In this document: piece by piece, positions 61,719 to 64,000 of the stretch | Numbering within the stretch: the first letter of the stretch is position 1 | How the letters are laid out: every line of letters starts with the position of its first letter | From: an uncultured virus (IMG/VR IMGVR_UViG_3300020048_000118) | Lineage: Duplodnaviria > Heunggongvirae > Uroviricota > Caudoviricetes > Crassvirales | Virus record (IMG/VR): IMGVR_UViG_3300020048_000118 | Reading direction: 5' to 3' (one strand) | DNA length: 64,000 nucleotides | Notes under the pieces: generated by a model | Seen by the model: only the letters and a program-made list of their open reading frames with translations | The model's database searches: none | Told to the model about the DNA's origin: nothing | Made by a program: the position numbers and the translations under genes

Positions 61719-62435
61719 ATGAATACACCACAAACCCTCATCGCACACTTGCGTAACGCTGAAACAAACCACATCGGTTTCTCTTACAACATCAACACGG
61801 GCGACCACAACCCCGACCAAGGCTTCATGGTATCTATCAAGGGATACGAGGAGACGGCTCCAAGTGGTTGCGACCTTATCGCATTCGGTAGGTCTTACTT
61901 CTTGCGCCATGCCGAGCATTTGGCCAACCCGAACTACTACATGGGATGTTGGGTCAATGCGGGACGATTTGTCTTTGACATCTCAGAGAACGTACAGACC
62001 AAGGAGGTCGCCATCGTTCTAGGACAGCACCATGACCAAGAGGCCATATGGGACTGCGCTAGTGGGTCAGAGTACAGATTAATGAGAGAGGGAGACGAGC
62101 CAAGCCAAAGGCTCGAGGAGTTGAGAGAGGCTCTTAGGTCTGAGTCAATTAGTTATGGCGAACTTGCAGAACTTCAGTCATTGTCAGAGCACATCGACAA
62201 GGACGACGTAGAATTGCTATTTGCCTCGGGGCTTGCAGAGTTCGAGTCAGACGAGAAGTCATTGGGCGACTACACAGATGCCGACTTCGATGCCATGCTA
62301 CACACATTGGACGTGGCGATGGACGAGTTCTCTCAAATCTACAACCACTCAGCCTCGAACGACTTCCGAGAGTACTACGAGATTCACATGACCCAATTGG
62401 ACAACATCATCAACCTAATCAACAAACTAAAATAA
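61719..62435 (+). CDS. Early protein with possible SAM-lyase-like N-terminal domain and acidic C-terminus
   Basis: GCWV...FDIS...AIVLGQHHDQEAIWD; start reassigned to 61719. Confidence 0.5.
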   Translation: MNTPQTLIAHLRNAETNHIGFSYNINTGDHNPDQGFMVSIKGYEETAPSGCDLIAFGRSYFLRHAEHLANPNYYMGCWVNAGRFVFDISENVQTKEVAIVLGQHHDQEAIWDCASGSEYRLMREGDEPSQRLEELREALRSESISYGELAELQSLSEHIDKDDVELLFASGLAEFESDEKSLGDYTDADFDAMLHTLDVAMDEFSQIYNHSASNDFREYYEIHMTQLDNIINLINKLK

Positions 62436-62749
62436 TGAAATACAACGTAGTAATTAGCAGAACCTACGCCACAGAGTTGGTAGTAGATGCAGAGAACATC
62501 CAAGAGGTACATGATTGGTTAGAATCCAACAAGGAGACCATCAACTACCAAGAGTTGGAGCAGTGCAACATCATCGTCGAGGACACCAACATCGAGTTGG
62601 TCAGCCCAAGCCCGAACGAGGCAAGCGAACTGCAAGACCTAGTATGGCACATCAAGGGCAAGTTAAAAGAGTACAGCCACGTCGAGGACTTCATCCCCAA
62701 GGATTTGTACAAGGCCTTGGAGCAGATGCTCGGACACGACGAGGACTAA
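62435..62749 (+). CDS. Early acidic hypothetical protein
   Basis: MKYNVVISRTYATELVVDAEN pattern; coupled to upstream stop. Confidence 0.65.
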   Translation: MKYNVVISRTYATELVVDAENIQEVHDWLESNKETINYQELEQCNIIVEDTNIELVSPSPNEASELQDLVWHIKGKLKEYSHVEDFIPKDLYKALEQMLGHDED

Positions 62750-62793
62750 CCAATAAAGGAAACGAGAGGGGTTCAATTCCCCTCATTGGTTCA
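62748..62793 (+). ncRNA. tRNA-like element (acceptor-like stem plus T-arm)
   Basis: AACCAAT/ATTGGTT 7-bp stem stacked on GAGGGG-TTCAATT-CCCCTC T-arm. Confidence 0.55.
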
Positions 62794-62811
62794 AATTAAA
62801 ATCAAATAGAC

Positions 62812-63024
62812 ATGAACAACAAAAACTTTATCACCGACTCTTGCCTATCATGGCACGCCAATGACATGCGAAATGCAATTGAAATGGCCAACGGAATTCC
62901 TCCATCATTAAATGATGAGGACTGCAATCAGATGTTAACAAAATTCTTTTCAGAATATAGACAAACAATCATTGGTGAAATAAATGAACTTATGGTTATA
63001 TGGGTTAAAGAAAACAAGATATGA
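62812..63024 (+). CDS. Early hypothetical protein
   Basis: ORF with A-rich leader. Confidence 0.6.
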   Translation: MNNKNFITDSCLSWHANDMRNAIEMANGIPPSLNDEDCNQMLTKFFSEYRQTIIGEINELMVIWVKENKI

Positions 63025-63290
63025 ACATACAAACAATTTACTCAAGACAAAAGTCAGCGGGCGTTGACTACATGCAACGACTCATCAACAACGGCTCGGT
63101 TTGGAAGATGGAAGGCTCAATGGGACGCGAGGCAATGCGACTGCTCGAGATGGGCATCTGCATGCTACCAAAGAAATCATTCACCGACTACTACGGAAAC
63201 GTCATCCCATCACGGGACGATTTGAAAGGATGCACAAAGGGAACGTACGCCAACGCTGTAAGGTACTGGTCTAATGGATGGGAGGACTAA
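63021..63290 (+). CDS. Early hypothetical protein
   Basis: QRLINNGSVWKMEGSMGREAMRLLEMG...DYYGNVIPSR. Confidence 0.65.
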   Translation: MNIQTIYSRQKSAGVDYMQRLINNGSVWKMEGSMGREAMRLLEMGICMLPKKSFTDYYGNVIPSRDDLKGCTKGTYANAVRYWSNGWED

Positions 63291-63490
63291 TCATGAGCAA
63301 TTTAACTGCACTACAACTTCGCCAGTTCCTCAATGAGATTGAGGCAGACGGAAACGACCTATCTCTCATCGAGATAAACTTCAGACATGACGAGGACTCA
63401 GACGTAATACCAATCAACTTTGTGTTCGAGGACTTGCACGACGAAAACAATAGCATGCTCACATCAATTGTGCTATTAAATGACAATTAA
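63278..63490 (+). CDS. Early acidic hypothetical protein (start possibly 63293)
   Basis: ORF in operon. Confidence 0.6.
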   Translation: MGGLIMSNLTALQLRQFLNEIEADGNDLSLIEINFRHDEDSDVIPINFVFEDLHDENNSMLTSIVLLNDN

Positions 63491-63502
63491 ATGACAAATA
63501 AA

Positions 63503-63534
63503 TTAGGTTATACACAAGATAGTAACTAATATTG
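63503..63534 (+). promoter_or_regulatory. Early promoter P3: TTAG-N20-TAATATTG
   Basis: Variant of P1/P2 with identical spacing. Confidence 0.55.
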
Positions 63535-63549
63535 TACATGCAAAACGAT

Positions 63550-63963
63550 ATGAACACAATGACAACACAAGACGGATTTACATGGTACGTTCTGCAACCC
63601 AAGGTTGCCAAGTACCTACACGAGGCCAACTACGAGGTCTATGAACTACACGACGACGAGAGCGAGTCTCTTTGCATCGATGGTCGTAAAATTAAGGATG
63701 ATAGTGGCGTAAGATACGGCATCGAGTCACCACTAGACAAGCAAATAGTTCACGCACTATGCGGAGCGGAACTGGTTCATGTATACGAGATAGTCAGAGA
63801 CTTCGAGGTATGCTACGAGATTATCTTTGAGAAAAGAAGGGGTGACCTTGTATTCTTCTCTCCCCTTGCTAAGCCAAAGGCAGTCATCGACAACTTACGT
63901 GGATGTAACGCAGTAACATTCATCAGCCCAGAAGACTTCTTAAGAATTTTAAGACATGGTTGA
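63550..63963 (+). CDS. Early hypothetical protein
   Basis: EVYELHDDESESL motif; start reassigned to 63550. Confidence 0.6.
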   Translation: MNTMTTQDGFTWYVLQPKVAKYLHEANYEVYELHDDESESLCIDGRKIKDDSGVRYGIESPLDKQIVHALCGAELVHVYEIVRDFEVCYEIIFEKRRGDLVFFSPLAKPKAVIDNLRGCNAVTFISPEDFLRILRHG

Positions 63964-64000
63964 ATTTAAGATTATATACCAAGACGAGGATGGTAACGAC

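Noticed and set aside
62748..62793. Bona fide tRNA gene
   Set aside because: Only about 45 nt, no D-arm or anticodon arm; kept as a tRNA-like element
1..64000. Stop-codon reassignment as in some crAss-like phages
   Set aside because: Long genes are intact in the standard code; TAA, TAG and TGA all end genes; no suppressor tRNA seen
1..64000. Prophage or integration module
   Set aside because: No integrase, repressor/antirepressor switch or flanking host genes in the window

Overview
This window is most of the genome of a tailed, podovirus-like dsDNA phage of Bacteroidota. The host is inferred from the many TAnnTTTG promoters, the BACON domain and the BT4734-like primase. The structural block is crAss-like/Cellulophaga-podovirus-like, but no virion RNA polymerase or separate DNA polymerase is visible. 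Layout: (i) a + strand replication/nucleotide module at 1-11.65 kb (GH73 hydrolase, DUF3310, Sak3-like annealase, exonuclease, SSB, putative origin, primase-helicase, SF2 helicase, VRR-NUC, MazG, class II RNR, metallophosphoesterase); (ii) a - strand late arm at 11.65-60.4 kb (2821-aa polyvalent protein, ejection and tail proteins, MCP, scaffold, GIY-YIG homing endonuclease, portal, TerL, lysis genes, tail fibres, GroES/GroEL, YkuD-like enzyme); (iii) a + strand early arm from 60.85 kb of small ORFs. The most striking non-coding signals are two complete type I hammerhead ribozymes bracketing an early ORF (predicted to excise a 281-nt, potentially circularisable mRNA), a tRNA-like acceptor/T-arm element in the same arm, a ~600-bp array of different operator-like palindromes after nrdJ, two copies of an iteron/AT-rich origin-like element, and an orphan copy of the portal C-terminus left behind the homing endonuclease. 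All protein family calls come from motifs recognised by eye; no database searches were run.
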